The notes: generated from the sequence alone by a model not told the origin. Shown: positions 28,659 through 40,641, counted from the stretch's first letter. The stretch: 64,000 nucleotides of DNA from an uncultured Actinomycetes bacterium (GCA_903918645.1 CAIXFH010000020.1:6294-70293), one strand, 5' to 3'. Numbers and translations: made by a program.

Positions 28659-30112
28659 CTCGCTCACTTCGCCGGCTGGCGGTCGTACTCGCGTTGCTTA
28701 TGACCGCCCTGTTGGTCAACGTCACGTACCTACAATTCTTCGCCTCCGCCGACCTGCGCAATCGGCCCGCCAACAGCAGGGTCTTGCTCGACGAATACTC
28801 ACGTGAACGTGGGCCGATCCTGCTCGGCTCAACCGCAATCGCAGCATCGATCCGCACCGCCGACCAACTGCGTTACCTCCGGCAATATGCCAACGGACCG
28901 CTGTACGAATCGGCGACCGGCTACTACTCCGTCGTGTATGGGGCCACTGGGATCGAACGGGCCGAGAACTCGGTCCTTGCCGGCTCAGATGACCGATTCT
29001 TCGTCGATCGGCTCCAGCACTTGTTCGCGGGCCGAGGCGTGAAGGGCGGAGCAGTACGGCTCACCCTCGACCCTGCCGCACAAAAGGCGGCCTTCGACGG
29101 CCTTGCCGGACGTACCGGCGCCGTCGTAGCAATCGATCCTCGAACCGGAGCAATCCTCGCTCTCGTGTCCTCACCATCATTTGATCCCAATGCACTGAGC
29201 AGCCACAACCCGGCAAAGATCCGCGATACCTACGCGGCGCTGCTCAAGGACCCAGCCGAACCGATGCTGAATCGTCCGCTTGCGATGACCTTGCCCCCCG
29301 GATCAACATTCAAGCTTGTCACTGCCGCAGCAGCCCTCGAATCGGGCAACTACACCCCCACGACGATGGTCCCCGGGCCCGCGTCGCTCAAACTGCCCAA
29401 CACCACAAAGGTGCTGCACAACTGGAGCGGCACCGCTTGCGGGCCCAAGAACACCACGACCTTGGAGAACGCCCTAGCCATTTCATGCAACACCGCATTT
29501 GCCTCAATCGGCCTTGCGCTCGGCGATCAAGCGCTACGAAGCCAGGCTGAGAAGTTCGGCTTCGGGACGTCGTTCGACATTCCGCTGCACGCCGCCACCA
29601 GTCGATTCCCCGCGCAACTCGATGAGCCGCAGACCGCCATGGCCGCGATCGGTCAATACGACGTCACGGCCACGGCACTGCAGATGGCGATGGTGGCAGC
29701 CGCAATCGGCAACAACGGCCAGGTCATGAATCCATATTTGGTGGCGCAGGTCCTCTCACCAGAGCTGCAAACGCTGGAGACCGCAGCACCTTCTGCCTTC
29801 TCGCAGGCAATGTCGCCAGCGAACGCAAGCACTTTGATGGCAATGATGGTTACCGTGGTCGAACGCGGCACCGGATCCAACGCTCGCATCCCTGGCATCA
29901 CGGTCGGGGGGAAGACAGGAACGGCACAGACCGCACCGGGCCGACCGCCGCACGCGTGGTTCGTCGCCGTCGCGCCCGCCGGAATAGGTGGCTTGGCCCA
30001 AATCGCGGTCGCGGTGGTACTGGAAAATGGGGGCGGCGCAGCCGAGGTCAGCGGTAACAAACTGGCCGCGCCCATCGCTCGAGCGGTCATAGAAGCCGTC
30101 CTACGTCGATGA
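28655..30112 (+). CDS. pbpA: Class B penicillin-binding protein PbpA
   Basis: PGSTFK (SxxK), SCN (SxN) and GKTGT (KTG). Confidence 0.95.
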   Translation: MTRSLRRLAVVLALLMTALLVNVTYLQFFASADLRNRPANSRVLLDEYSRERGPILLGSTAIAASIRTADQLRYLRQYANGPLYESATGYYSVVYGATGIERAENSVLAGSDDRFFVDRLQHLFAGRGVKGGAVRLTLDPAAQKAAFDGLAGRTGAVVAIDPRTGAILALVSSPSFDPNALSSHNPAKIRDTYAALLKDPAEPMLNRPLAMTLPPGSTFKLVTAAAALESGNYTPTTMVPGPASLKLPNTTKVLHNWSGTACGPKNTTTLENALAISCNTAFASIGLALGDQALRSQAEKFGFGTSFDIPLHAATSRFPAQLDEPQTAMAAIGQYDVTATALQMAMVAAAIGNNGQVMNPYLVAQVLSPELQTLETAAPSAFSQAMSPANASTLMAMMVTVVERGTGSNARIPGITVGGKTGTAQTAPGRPPHAWFVAVAPAGIGGLAQIAVAVVLENGGGAAEVSGNKLAAPIARAVIEAVLRR

Positions 30113-30155
30113 GGCACGTAGCATCAGCAGTACGCGTGGCAATGGAGGAGAAACG

Positions 30156-31910
<1,755 letters not shown>

Positions 31911-31924
31911 GCGGCGCACCTACT

Positions 31925-31975
31925 CAGGTGCTGAGTGCTCGGGTGCTGAGTGCTCGGGTGCTGAGTGATCAGGTG
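31925..31975. repeat. 15-bp tandem repeat (GGTGCTGAGTGCTCG, about 3 copies) between convergent pknB and trpG
   Basis: Directly visible in the sequence. Confidence 0.85.
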
Positions 31976-32592
31976 CCGACGACTGGTGCGAGTCCGACGC
32001 TGCGAGCAAGAGCCTGGTCGTCACCACAGGCGCGCAGCCAGTTGGCAAGCATCCGGTGGCCGCCTTCAGTGAGCACACTCTCCGGGTGGAACTGCACACC
32101 CTCGACCGCAAGGGTGCGGTGGCGCACGCCCATGATGACCCCGGACTCCGTACGAGCGGTAACTTCCAGCACGTCGGGAACGGTCTCCGGAACGATCGCA
32201 AGTGAGTGATATCGCGTCGCGGTGAACGGGTCGGGCAAACCATCGAACACGCCGGCGCCATCGTGGTAGACCAGAGATGTCTTGCCGTGCAACAACTCCG
32301 GCGCCCGATCAACGACGGCACCGTAAGCCTCGCCGATCGCTTGATGCCCAAGACAGACTCCAAAGATTGGCACCTCGCCGCCAAGAGTCGACACCATCTC
32401 CATGCACACACCCGCTTGCGCGGGAGTTCCCGGGCCGGGTGAGAGCAGCACCCCGTCATACGCCCGACCCTGCTCTGGGGTTACCTCGTCGTTGCGACGA
32501 ACATCAACCTGCGCACCGAGTTGCGCGAGGTATTGCACAAGGTTGAAGACGAATGAGTCGTAGTTATCGACTACAAGAATTCGGGTGGCCAC
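31969..32592 (-). CDS. trpG: Glutamine amidotransferase (anthranilate/aminodeoxychorismate synthase component II)
   Basis: VVDNYDSF, LSPGPG, GVCLGHQ, RYHSL and QFHPES. Start is GTG 32592. Could equally be pabA. Confidence 0.93.
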   Translation of the reverse strand: MATRILVVDNYDSFVFNLVQYLAQLGAQVDVRRNDEVTPEQGRAYDGVLLSPGPGTPAQAGVCMEMVSTLGGEVPIFGVCLGHQAIGEAYGAVVDRAPELLHGKTSLVYHDGAGVFDGLPDPFTATRYHSLAIVPETVPDVLEVTARTESGVIMGVRHRTLAVEGVQFHPESVLTEGGHRMLANWLRACGDDQALARSVGLAPVVGT

Positions 32593-32686
32593 GGCCCCAT
32601 CATCGCTCACGCCAGTCGACCGCAATTCAGGCACCTCTGATCTACGCCCCGACTGCTCGCGCGGAAGTGCCCCACGGTTGCCCGTC

Positions 32687-32911
32687 TCAACTCGGCATGG
32701 CCGAAGGAAGGCTGGAGGTTTCGCCCGTTTGGCTCGGCGCCGGTGCACTGGCACCACCGTCGATGGATGCACCGCTGAAGGAGAACTGACTATCAAGCCA
32801 GGGGAAGACCAGCGTGAACAGCAAGACCACAACACCGGCGAATAGTGCCGCCGACAACAGTGCCTTGACTGGCCGACGGCCAGGGAGTTTGTTCCATATC
32901 CACGCGTACAA
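32687..32911 (-). CDS. Small membrane protein (YAWIWNKLPG type)
   Basis: TTG start after a GGAAGG RBS, 74 aa, one TM segment. I recall similar small genes at this locus in other actinobacteria; not searched. Confidence 0.7.
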   Translation of the reverse strand: MYAWIWNKLPGRRPVKALLSAALFAGVVVLLFTLVFPWLDSQFSFSGASIDGGASAPAPSQTGETSSLPSAMPS

Positions 32912-32980
32912 GGGGATCCTTCCGTTCCGGCTTGCTGTGATCGTGTGAAGTTTTCTAGGTTCAGAGCTGTACTGCCGACT

Positions 32981-33034
32981 TACTTGGTGTGCTTGAGCTT
33001 TTTGGTGTGCTCGAGCTACTTGGTGTGCTTGAGC
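32981..33034. repeat. 18-bp tandem repeat, 3 copies, duplicating the sortase 3' end
   Basis: tacttggtgtgcttgagc / tttttggtgtgctcgagc / tacttggtgtgcttgagc. Confidence 0.9.
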
Positions 33035-33771
33035 CCGTCCGGCGGACCCTCCGTCTTCAGCTGCTGAGCGGTGAGGATCCCCCACCAGGCCCAGCGCCCA
33101 GTAGATCCGTATCGCGGCGTGCAGGTGGTCATCGTGATGAGTTGCTGGGTGGGCGCAGCGTTGGGCTTTCCCGGCACCGGATCGAGCACCCACACATCGG
33201 TGGGGCTTAGATGCGAATTGTCTCGGGTCAACGTGTAGGTGTACCAGGTCGTAGCTGTCTCAACGTAGACCTTGTCGCCCTTTTGCAGGTCGGGGAAATT
33301 TGCGAACGGCTCGTCGTGAGTCGACCGGTGCGCCGCGATACCGAAGTTTCCGACATCGCCGGGCCGGGCTGAGTTCACATAGTGACCCGCTCCACGCGCC
33401 AGCATCTTCTTCTCCGTACCTTCGATGATGGGCAAACCCCACACCTTGTCGCGCAGCCGGGGGATGTAAAGCAGCGCGAACCCTTGGTTCGACACGAGCT
33501 TGCGGCGAGTCGGTGTCGGTGTCGGTGTCGGACTGGGCTTTTGGCTATTCGCCGACGAAGGCGTGGCAGACACGGTCGGCGTGGGCGAACTCGTGCGCCA
33601 CTGCGACACGATCTGGTCCTGTGCCTGCGCGATAGCCACCGAGCTTTGCACATTGGTCCACCAGAGTTGGTAGACGCAAAGAAGCAACAACACAATGCCG
33701 ATGCTCATCATGACTTCGCCTACGCCACGGGCGGCAGCGCGCACCCGGCGACCCGTTGCCTGTTTGGTCAT
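33016..33771 (-). CDS. Class E sortase
   Basis: N-terminal TM YQLWWTN, AAHRSTH, MTTCTP and a downstream Arg. Confidence 0.9.
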   Translation of the reverse strand: MTKQATGRRVRAAARGVGEVMMSIGIVLLLLCVYQLWWTNVQSSVAIAQAQDQIVSQWRTSSPTPTVSATPSSANSQKPSPTPTPTPTRRKLVSNQGFALLYIPRLRDKVWGLPIIEGTEKKMLARGAGHYVNSARPGDVGNFGIAAHRSTHDEPFANFPDLQKGDKVYVETATTWYTYTLTRDNSHLSPTDVWVLDPVPGKPNAAPTQQLITMTTCTPRYGSTGRWAWWGILTAQQLKTEGPPDGLKHTK

Positions 33772-34538
33772 GATCCAACCTCCGCATAGTGCGGCGTGAT
33801 CGTTCCGGTATACCCAGGAATTGTGATCAACGGCTCAAGTTGCAAGGCATATCCCAATCCCAGCATGTCAACATATTCCCGATACACCAGCACCTGCGGG
33901 TCACTGTCAAGAGCCCCACGAAGTGCCCGCTGGTCACCCACGGCGGTGATCGTGAAGGGCGGTGAGTACACCCGACCCTGCAACAGCAACGTGTTGCCCG
34001 CACATCGCACGGCAGAAGTTGCAATCAGCCGCTGATCCATGACTTGCACTGCACTAGCCCCCCCACGCCACAACGCATTCACTACCGCTTGAACGTCCTG
34101 TTGATGTACGACGAGATCATTTGGCGGTACGTTCCCCGCGAGATCTCGACTCGAAGCCGACGCATCATCCAAGGTAACTCGAACCCCCGGCCCCTGTACC
34201 GGAGTCAAGCCAGCTGACGGCAGCAATTCGCTAGACGTGCGCTGCGCGGCGCTCAGTTCAGCTCCGCCGCCGGCGCGGCCCGTGAGATCCGCGACCTCAT
34301 TTTGAAGTTGAGCAACCGCCACTTGCTGTTCGGCCACTCGCTGCGCCGTCCTGGCCACAAGGTCACGAGAACTCACGGCCCTACCGCCGCGCAGATCGGT
34401 GCCTTGCGCGGTCAGCGCGCTGGCGGCAAATACGAGACCAGCCATGACAAACAGGCCTCCTGCGAGCAGCCTGGTGCGCAGGCGCGACTTGCCCGCCATC
34501 ACCCCAACGGCAGAGCCATCCCCCCACAACGCGTTCAC
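33768..34538 (-). CDS. DUF881-family protein
   Basis: AGLTPVQGPGVRVTLDDA, VVHQQDVQAVVNALWRGGA and IATSAVRCAGNT. Confidence 0.92.
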   Translation of the reverse strand: MNALWGDGSAVGVMAGKSRLRTRLLAGGLFVMAGLVFAASALTAQGTDLRGGRAVSSRDLVARTAQRVAEQQVAVAQLQNEVADLTGRAGGGAELSAAQRTSSELLPSAGLTPVQGPGVRVTLDDASASSRDLAGNVPPNDLVVHQQDVQAVVNALWRGGASAVQVMDQRLIATSAVRCAGNTLLLQGRVYSPPFTITAVGDQRALRGALDSDPQVLVYREYVDMLGLGYALQLEPLITIPGYTGTITPHYAEVGS

Positions 34539-34632
34539 ATCAGTACGCTACGTGGTGAGAGGTTATCTCTGGTGCCCGACGGCACCTTTCGTTACGCGGT
34601 GAAGTCCGCGCCGAATACCCGTGGAGGTTTTG

Positions 34633-34887
34633 ATGCCCGAATCCCGGGTACGTCGCAAGAATCCATTTACCCCGCCGCCGGTGGCGCAGGTCGAGTTCAA
34701 GGCTGGGTCGTCGTCCTGGTGGGCCCCAGTTATGGCCGCAATGTTCATCCTGGGCCTGCTGTGGATAGTCGTGTACTACATCGCAGGCGTTGATGTCCCG
34801 ATTATGAAGAACTTGGGCTGGTGGAACATCGTCGTTGGCTTCGCCTTTATCGGCGTTGGCTTCGGAATGTCCACTCGCTGGCGCTGA
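34633..34887 (+). CDS. crgA: Cell division protein CrgA
   Basis: MPESRVRRK start, WWAPVM, GLLWIVVYY, LGWWN and STRWR end. Confidence 0.95.
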   Translation: MPESRVRRKNPFTPPPVAQVEFKAGSSSWWAPVMAAMFILGLLWIVVYYIAGVDVPIMKNLGWWNIVVGFAFIGVGFGMSTRWR

Positions 34888-34972
34888 GAATCGGCCACCA
34901 CCCGGTTTTGGCAGCAGTCTGGTTCACCTGGCGGTTCCGCATGAATTACACCCGTGGGATTTAATCCCCAAC

Positions 34973-34993
34973 TGTGGATAACCCTGTGGAAAC
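34973..34993. promoter_or_regulatory. Tandem DnaA boxes outside oriC
   Basis: TGTGGATAA (perfect, 34973-34981) and TGTGGAAAC (34985-34993), 3 bp apart. Confidence 0.7.
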
Positions 34994-35059
34994 GTAACCT
35001 CTGGGGCTCATGTGTCTCATGTGACTATCGGTCACTCTCGTCAGCAACTACGGCGGCAG

Positions 35060-35935
35060 TTACGCAGACGTGAGGCCGAATCCGGCTGTCACCAACTGCG
35101 CGGTCAGGAGTTGATCACGCAGCACCGTCAGCAGCACCAGCACCGCGAAAACCGCTACTAGCCCAGCGATCTGCACGAGGGTGCGCTGTCGGGGCGGTGC
35201 GTAGGCGATTATTGCCGCGGCGGCGGCTCCGGTGACTAACCCACCGAGATGCGCCCGCCAGTCAACGTTCGACACCGCAAAACCGATCACGACGTTGACT
35301 GCGATCAATCCCAGAACTTGCCGCGTGTCGGCGCCAAGGCGTCTGCTGACCACAACGAAAGCGCCCATGAGACCAAAGATTGCCCCGCTAGCGCCGGCCG
35401 AAAGCACGAACGGAGCCGAGAACCAGAATGAGGCGACCGAACCCCCGAGGCCGGCGAGTAGGTACATGACGCCGAATCGCACATGCCCAACGATGTTCTC
35501 CAACTGCGGCCCCAGCGACCAGAGCACGAACATGTTGAAACCGATATGCAAGACCGAATAGTGCAAGAACATCGAGGTGAACAACCGGTAGTACTCGTTG
35601 TCGACCGCTATACCAGCCGGGAACATAGCCAGGTTTTGAGCTACAGCGTCAATTCCTTGCAGCATCTCCCAGCCGTAGAGCACCACACATAGGCCCACAA
35701 TGCCCATGGATACGTAAGCCTTCGCGGGCATTCGCGCGCCGAGCCGGGTACGCGGCTGGCGCACTGACGCGGCTCCAGCGGCTACGCACTCGGGGCATTG
35801 AAAGCCCACGGACGCACTGGTCATGCAGTCAGGACAGATCGGCCGGTCGCACCTAGTGCAAGAGATGTAGGTCTCGCGGTCAGGATGCCGATAGCACACC
35901 GGCACCAGGTGCGGGCCTAGATCAGGCGTCGTCAC
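35060..35935 (-). CDS. Rhomboid intramembrane serine protease with N-terminal zinc-finger (B-box-like) domain
   Basis: CYRHPDRET..CTRCDRPICPDC, YRLFTSMFLH, HIGFNM, GASGAIFG and HLGG. Confidence 0.93.
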   Translation of the reverse strand: MTTPDLGPHLVPVCYRHPDRETYISCTRCDRPICPDCMTSASVGFQCPECVAAGAASVRQPRTRLGARMPAKAYVSMGIVGLCVVLYGWEMLQGIDAVAQNLAMFPAGIAVDNEYYRLFTSMFLHYSVLHIGFNMFVLWSLGPQLENIVGHVRFGVMYLLAGLGGSVASFWFSAPFVLSAGASGAIFGLMGAFVVVSRRLGADTRQVLGLIAVNVVIGFAVSNVDWRAHLGGLVTGAAAAAIIAYAPPRQRTLVQIAGLVAVFAVLVLLTVLRDQLLTAQLVTAGFGLTSA

Positions 35936-36446
35936 TTTCGATCGTGACCCCTTCGATGATGACTGCTTCCCGGGGGCGGTCCATCGAGCCCGTGGGAGTT
36001 GCTGCGATCGCATCAACGACCGCGCGTCCCGCCGCGTCGTCGACCTCACCGAAGATCGTGTGCTTAAAGTTCAACCACGACGTGGGCGCAACAGTGATGA
36101 AGAACTGCGACCCATTGGTGCCCGGACCAGAGTTTGCCATCGCCAACAGGTACGGACGATCGAAGCTGAGTTCAGGGTGGAATTCATCACCGAACTTGTA
36201 GCCAGGCCCACCGGTACCGGTGCCTAGGGGGTCACCACCTTGGATCATGAATCCTGGGATCACCCGGTGGAAGACAACACCGTCGTACAGCGGTGCATTC
36301 TGCTTCGCGCCGGTCTTGGGATCGGTCCACTCCTGAGAGCCATCGGCTAGGCCGACGAAGTTACGCACGGTCTTGGGTGCGTGATCGCCGAACAACTTGA
36401 TGCGGATATCGCCGTGGTTAGTGCGCAAGGTTGCATATGTAGTCAC
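35922..36446 (-). CDS. ppiA: Cyclophilin peptidyl-prolyl isomerase PpiA
   Basis: APKTVRNF, FHRVIPGFMIQGGDP, AMANSGPGTNGSQFFIT and HTIFG. Confidence 0.96.
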   Translation of the reverse strand: MTTYATLRTNHGDIRIKLFGDHAPKTVRNFVGLADGSQEWTDPKTGAKQNAPLYDGVVFHRVIPGFMIQGGDPLGTGTGGPGYKFGDEFHPELSFDRPYLLAMANSGPGTNGSQFFITVAPTSWLNFKHTIFGEVDDAAGRAVVDAIAATPTGSMDRPREAVIIEGVTIESDDA

Positions 36447-36555
36447 GTGCGAATCCTTGCACGTCACGTTGAGTCGCACCGCACGCGACCCCTCAACCAA
36501 CAATCCCAGCACACACACGCGCAGCGGGGGCCCAAGAGCACCCATCATCATCCAC

Positions 36556-36589
36556 AAGAAAAAAGCCGCCCGAAGGCGGCCCTTTTCTT
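36556..36589 (-). terminator. Intrinsic terminator after tRNA-Ala
   Basis: gccgcc-UUCG-ggcggc hairpin followed by a U6 tract on the minus strand. Confidence 0.9.
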
Positions 36590-36590
36590 G

Positions 36591-36663
36591 TGGAGCGACG
36601 GGGACTCGAACCCCGGACCCCCTGCATGCAAAGCAGGTGCGCTACCAGCTGCGCCACCGCCCC
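36591..36663 (-). tRNA. tRNA-Ala(TGC)
   Basis: GGGGCGG acceptor with G3:U70, anticodon loop TT-TGC-AT and GGTTCGAGT. Confidence 0.97.
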
Positions 36664-36759
36664 GAAACTCTCACCTATCAAGGCATGAGCACGGACTCAA
36701 TCTGTACAACATCGTACCTAGCGCGAATGCACCAGCCTTGCAGCGAAGCGAAGGAGCAC

Positions 36760-36894
36760 CTAGCGAAGGTCGGGCATTGACGTCGCTTCGGTCCACAGAT
36801 CCTGTTCGGCCTGACGGGAGTTGAACTGCTGATAAGCAACGTAAGCCACGGCTGCGAGGCCAGCAAGGGCAGCAAGGGTAAGTAGCTTCTTCAT
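36760..36894 (-). CDS. DLW-39-family microprotein (44 aa)
   Basis: MKKLLTLAALAGLAAVAYVAYQQFNSRQAEQDLWTEATSMPDLR. AAAGG RBS. Below the ORF-track size cutoff. Confidence 0.88.
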   Translation of the reverse strand: MKKLLTLAALAGLAAVAYVAYQQFNSRQAEQDLWTEATSMPDLR

Positions 36895-36929
36895 GCGAAC
36901 AACCTTTCATACTCGAACAGATCCAACAG

Positions 36930-37003
36930 TGGGCCTAGGAGGACTTGAACCTCCGACCTCTTCCTTATCAGGGAAGCGCTCTAACCGTCTGAGCTATAGG
37001 CCC
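36930..37003 (-). tRNA. tRNA-Ile(GAT)
   Basis: GGGCCTA acceptor, anticodon loop CT-GAT-AA and GGTTCAAGT. Confidence 0.97.
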
Positions 37004-37157
37004 CAACCCTGCTGATGCCTCGGGCGCGGTGGCGCCGTCTGACCAAAAGCAGGAATTCCACTCACGTGGACTACCGAGTGGGGACCCTAGTGTATCGGAC
37101 TCAACCGCCCACAAAGTGCCCCCGGATTTCCAGCACGTCGACAGCCAACAATGGCTG

Positions 37158-37946
37158 TCAGGCATCCTCTGACAACGTGAGTTCGACCCCACCAGTCAGG
37201 CCGACCGACAAGTTGTAGAGGAAGGCAAACAAGGTCGAAAGAGCTGAGCTGAGAACGATTTCCACCGCAGAGATGATCAATGCCACGCCGATCACCCGGT
37301 CAAAGCCAACCAAGTTCGCAAAGTCAAAGGTGGTTGACCCACTGCTCGCCAGGTCATTGACGATGCGCCCGATCGACTCAAAGACTCCCGTAGTACTCAG
37401 AGTCCACCAGAGCAAGGCGACCGCGACCAGCATCACGATCGCGACAGACACCGACAGCATGAAAGCGGTCTTCATCACCGACCATGGGTCGATTCGGGTG
37501 ACCATGAGCCGCGCACGCCGAGGCCCGGCGGGTCGCACCGGGGCAACCGGCTCTGCCGCCGTTTCACGTCGCTGATCTGGACGCCCCTCTGGCGGCAATG
37601 GCCGGGCCAACCCCGGACGGATATCACCCTGTGCTGCTGCTGCCGACGCGGCAGCGGTCACTCCAGTCGCCTGGGCAGATGGTCTCAGCCCAGTCTGCGG
37701 AGGAGTTGCCGATGAACTGCGCTGCTGCTGGGCGGTCTCAGCGCCGGCGGCAGCGGCCGGAGCACCGGCGGCTTTACCTGAGCCGCCTCCCGCGGCAGGC
37801 GCCCCACTAGCCGTCGCCTTGTCGGTGGCGGCTCTCTCCGCCGTGGCCTTGCTAGCAGTTGCCTTGTCAGTTTCGGCGGCAGGCGAAGGCTTGCCCGCCG
37901 ACGAATCGGCTGGCGGCTTACGTGGCGGCGTCCCGGCGGTACTCAC
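37158..37946 (-). CDS. DUF3566-domain membrane protein
   Basis: Low-complexity N-terminus, RRARLMVTRIDPWSVMK, FLYNL and GGVELTLSE. Typical gene after gyrA. Confidence 0.9.
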   Translation of the reverse strand: MSTAGTPPRKPPADSSAGKPSPAAETDKATASKATAERAATDKATASGAPAAGGGSGKAAGAPAAAAGAETAQQQRSSSATPPQTGLRPSAQATGVTAAASAAAAQGDIRPGLARPLPPEGRPDQRRETAAEPVAPVRPAGPRRARLMVTRIDPWSVMKTAFMLSVSVAIVMLVAVALLWWTLSTTGVFESIGRIVNDLASSGSTTFDFANLVGFDRVIGVALIISAVEIVLSSALSTLFAFLYNLSVGLTGGVELTLSEDA

Positions 37947-37959
37947 GCCTCGTCGCTCC

Positions 37960-40593
37960 TTACGCCTCGTCGGTCGCGATGTCGGTTTCCCCGACCTCAT
38001 CTTGTGCTACTTGTGGATCAATTTCCACGGTATCCGACGCAGCAGTGTCACCCGTGTCAGACGCCTCGCCGTCATCGGCCCCGTCATCTAACACAACCCC
38101 GTCACTACCTTCTTCGTCGTCATCGCCAACGGCTTCACCGCGTGCCACCGCAACAATCGCGCCATTAGCGCCAACATCCATCAGTGAGACACCCATCGTG
38201 TCGCGGCCCGTCGCTCGGATTTCTGACACGCGCGTTCGGATCACTACGCCATCAGATGCAATCGCGTAGACCTCGTCATCCTCGGCAGCGACAAGGGCCC
38301 CCACGAGTGAGCCACGCTCCTCGACCAGCTTCATGGCACGTACGCCGTAGATGCCACGACCTGACGTGCGCCAGTCGGACACAGGTGTCCGCTTGGCATA
38401 TCCGCCGTCAGTGACCGTGACCACGAATGAATCCGGCACAACCGTATTCATCGCCAGCAATTGATCATCGGACCGGAAGCGCATACCGATAACGCCCGAC
38501 GTGGCACGCCCCATCGGACGCAGAGTGTCGTCATCGGCAGTAAACCGAACCGACATTCCCTTTCGGCTTACGAGCAAGACATCTGCATCGTTGTCGACCA
38601 ACTGCGCGCTGATGAGTTCGTCGTCGTCTCGCAAGTTGATGGCAATGACCCCACCACTTCGGTTTGAGTCGAAGTCCTCGAGCCGCGTCTTCTTGACCAT
38701 TCCATCCCGCGTAGCAAGCACGAGATATGGCGCCTGTGCGTAGTCGCGCACATCAAGTACCTGAGCGATCTTCTCGTCCGGCAAGAACGCAAGCAGGTTA
38801 GCCACATGCTGACCACGAGCGTCGCGGCCAGTGTCGGGCAACTCATACGCCTTGGCCCGATAAACCCTGCCCCTATTGGTAAAGAACAACAGGTAATGGT
38901 GGGTAGTGGTCACAAAGAAGTGCTCGACTACATCGTCGCCGCGCAGCGCAGCGCCGCGCACGCCCTTGCCACCGCGACGTTGCGCGCGGTACAGATCCGT
39001 ACGCGTCCGCTTCGCGTAACCGCCGTGGGTAATAGTTACAACAACGTCTTCTTCAGCGATGAGATCCTCATCGGTGACGTCACCATCCCAAGGCACCAAG
39101 ATGCTGCGTCTGTCATCGGCGTACTTGGCCGTGATTTCTGCGAGTTCGTCGCTGACAATGGTCCGCTGCCGAAGCTCATTGGCGAGAATGTCGTTGTAGT
39201 CAGCAATCTTGGTCTGCAGTTCGTCGTATTCCTCAGTGATCTTCTGGCGCTCAAGTGCAGCCAACCGACGGAGCTGCATGTCCAAGATCGCGGTGGCCTG
39301 GATTTCGTCCACCTCGAGCAAACCCATCAGGCCGGTACGCGCCTCGTCGGCTGTGTCACTCGCGCGGATCAGCGCGATGACCTGATCGAGTGCATCAAGA
39401 GCCTTGAGATAGCCGAGCAAAATGTGCGCGCGCTCTTGGGCCTTGCGCAACCGGTAACGCGTACGCCGAACGATGACTTCGATCTGATGCGTGATCCAGT
39501 GCCGCACAAAGGCATCGAGCGTGAGAGTGCGCGGAATCCCATCGACGAGGGCGATCATGTTGCACGAGAAGTTGTCCTGCAGCGCGGTGTGCTTGAACAG
39601 GTTATTAAGTACAACCTTGGCGACTGCATCGCGCTTGAGTTCGATCACCAAGCGCATACCGGTGCGCGAGGACGAGTCGTCGCGCACGTCGGCAATTCCG
39701 GCAATCTTTCCTTCACTCGCAAGCTCTGCGATGCGAAGCAAGAGGTTGTCGGGGTTCACCTGGTAAGGCAACTGCGTGACTATAAGCAGGACTCGTCCAC
39801 GGTTGTCTTCCTCCGCTTCGACGACAGCGCGCATCATCACTGATCCACGGCCGGTGCGGTAGGCATCTTCGATGCCCTTGCGTCCGACGATGAGCCCACC
39901 TGTGGGGAAGTCCGGACCCTTCACACGCTCGAGAAGTGCCTCGATGAGTTCTTCTCGCGTGGCATCCGGGTGGGCAAGTGCCCATTGAGCGGCGTCGGCG
40001 ACTTCACCGAGATTGTGCGGTGGAATGTTGGTAGCCATCCCGACTGCGATTCCGGCGCTGCCATTGACGAGCAAGTTGGGGAACCGGCTGGGCAGGATCA
40101 CTGGTTCGAGGGTGCGCCCGTCGTAATTGGGCGTGAAGTCAACTGTGTCTTCGTCAATGTCGCGGACCATCTCCATGGCCAACTGCGCCATGCGAGCTTC
40201 GGTGTATCGCATGGCAGCAGCGGGGTCGTTACCGGGAGAGCCGAAGTTGCCCTGCCCCTGGACTAGTGGATAGCGAAGTGCCCACGGCTGCGCCAAGCGC
40301 ACCAACGTGTCATAGATCGCCGAGTCACCATGCGGGTGGTAGTTACCCATGACATCGCCCACGATGCGCGCGCACTTGGAAAAGCCGCGATCAGGGCGGT
40401 AACCACCATCGAACATCGCATAGAGCACTCTGCGGTGCACAGGCTTGAGCCCATCACGGACGTCGGGCAAGGCCCGAGACACGATGACAGACATCGCGTA
40501 ATCCATGTAGGAACGCTGCATCTCAACTTGGAGATCAACGATCTGAATGCGCGGGTTCGGCACTTCGGCTTCGGTTGTGATGTCGTCAGGCAC
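37960..40593 (-). CDS. gyrA: DNA gyrase subunit A
   Basis: [29 protein letters not shown] and the GyrA-box QRRGGKG. Confidence 0.99.
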   Translation of the reverse strand: MPDDITTEAEVPNPRIQIVDLQVEMQRSYMDYAMSVIVSRALPDVRDGLKPVHRRVLYAMFDGGYRPDRGFSKCARIVGDVMGNYHPHGDSAIYDTLVRLAQPWALRYPLVQGQGNFGSPGNDPAAAMRYTEARMAQLAMEMVRDIDEDTVDFTPNYDGRTLEPVILPSRFPNLLVNGSAGIAVGMATNIPPHNLGEVADAAQWALAHPDATREELIEALLERVKGPDFPTGGLIVGRKGIEDAYRTGRGSVMMRAVVEAEEDNRGRVLLIVTQLPYQVNPDNLLLRIAELASEGKIAGIADVRDDSSSRTGMRLVIELKRDAVAKVVLNNLFKHTALQDNFSCNMIALVDGIPRTLTLDAFVRHWITHQIEVIVRRTRYRLRKAQERAHILLGYLKALDALDQVIALIRASDTADEARTGLMGLLEVDEIQATAILDMQLRRLAALERQKITEEYDELQTKIADYNDILANELRQRTIVSDELAEITAKYADDRRSILVPWDGDVTDEDLIAEEDVVVTITHGGYAKRTRTDLYRAQRRGGKGVRGAALRGDDVVEHFFVTTTHHYLLFFTNRGRVYRAKAYELPDTGRDARGQHVANLLAFLPDEKIAQVLDVRDYAQAPYLVLATRDGMVKKTRLEDFDSNRSGGVIAINLRDDDELISAQLVDNDADVLLVSRKGMSVRFTADDDTLRPMGRATSGVIGMRFRSDDQLLAMNTVVPDSFVVTVTDGGYAKRTPVSDWRTSGRGIYGVRAMKLVEERGSLVGALVAAEDDEVYAIASDGVVIRTRVSEIRATGRDTMGVSLMDVGANGAIVAVARGEAVGDDDEEGSDGVVLDDGADDGEASDTGDTAASDTVEIDPQVAQDEVGETDIATDEA

Positions 40594-40641
40594 TGTGTTG
40601 TCCTTCTTCGAGTACGACGGCGGTGGGCGGGTGTCGTACTA

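Noticed and set aside
32912-33193. Repeat-containing N-terminal extension of the small membrane protein
   Set aside because: It overlaps the sortase 3' end out of frame and only reflects the 18-bp repeat. The TTG at 32911 has an RBS.
38806-39843. 345-aa ORF antisense to gyrA (also 40330..41397 and 42280..43080 against gyrB)
   Set aside because: Shadow ORFs of GC-rich coding sequence, with no motifs or RBS, overlapping essential genes.
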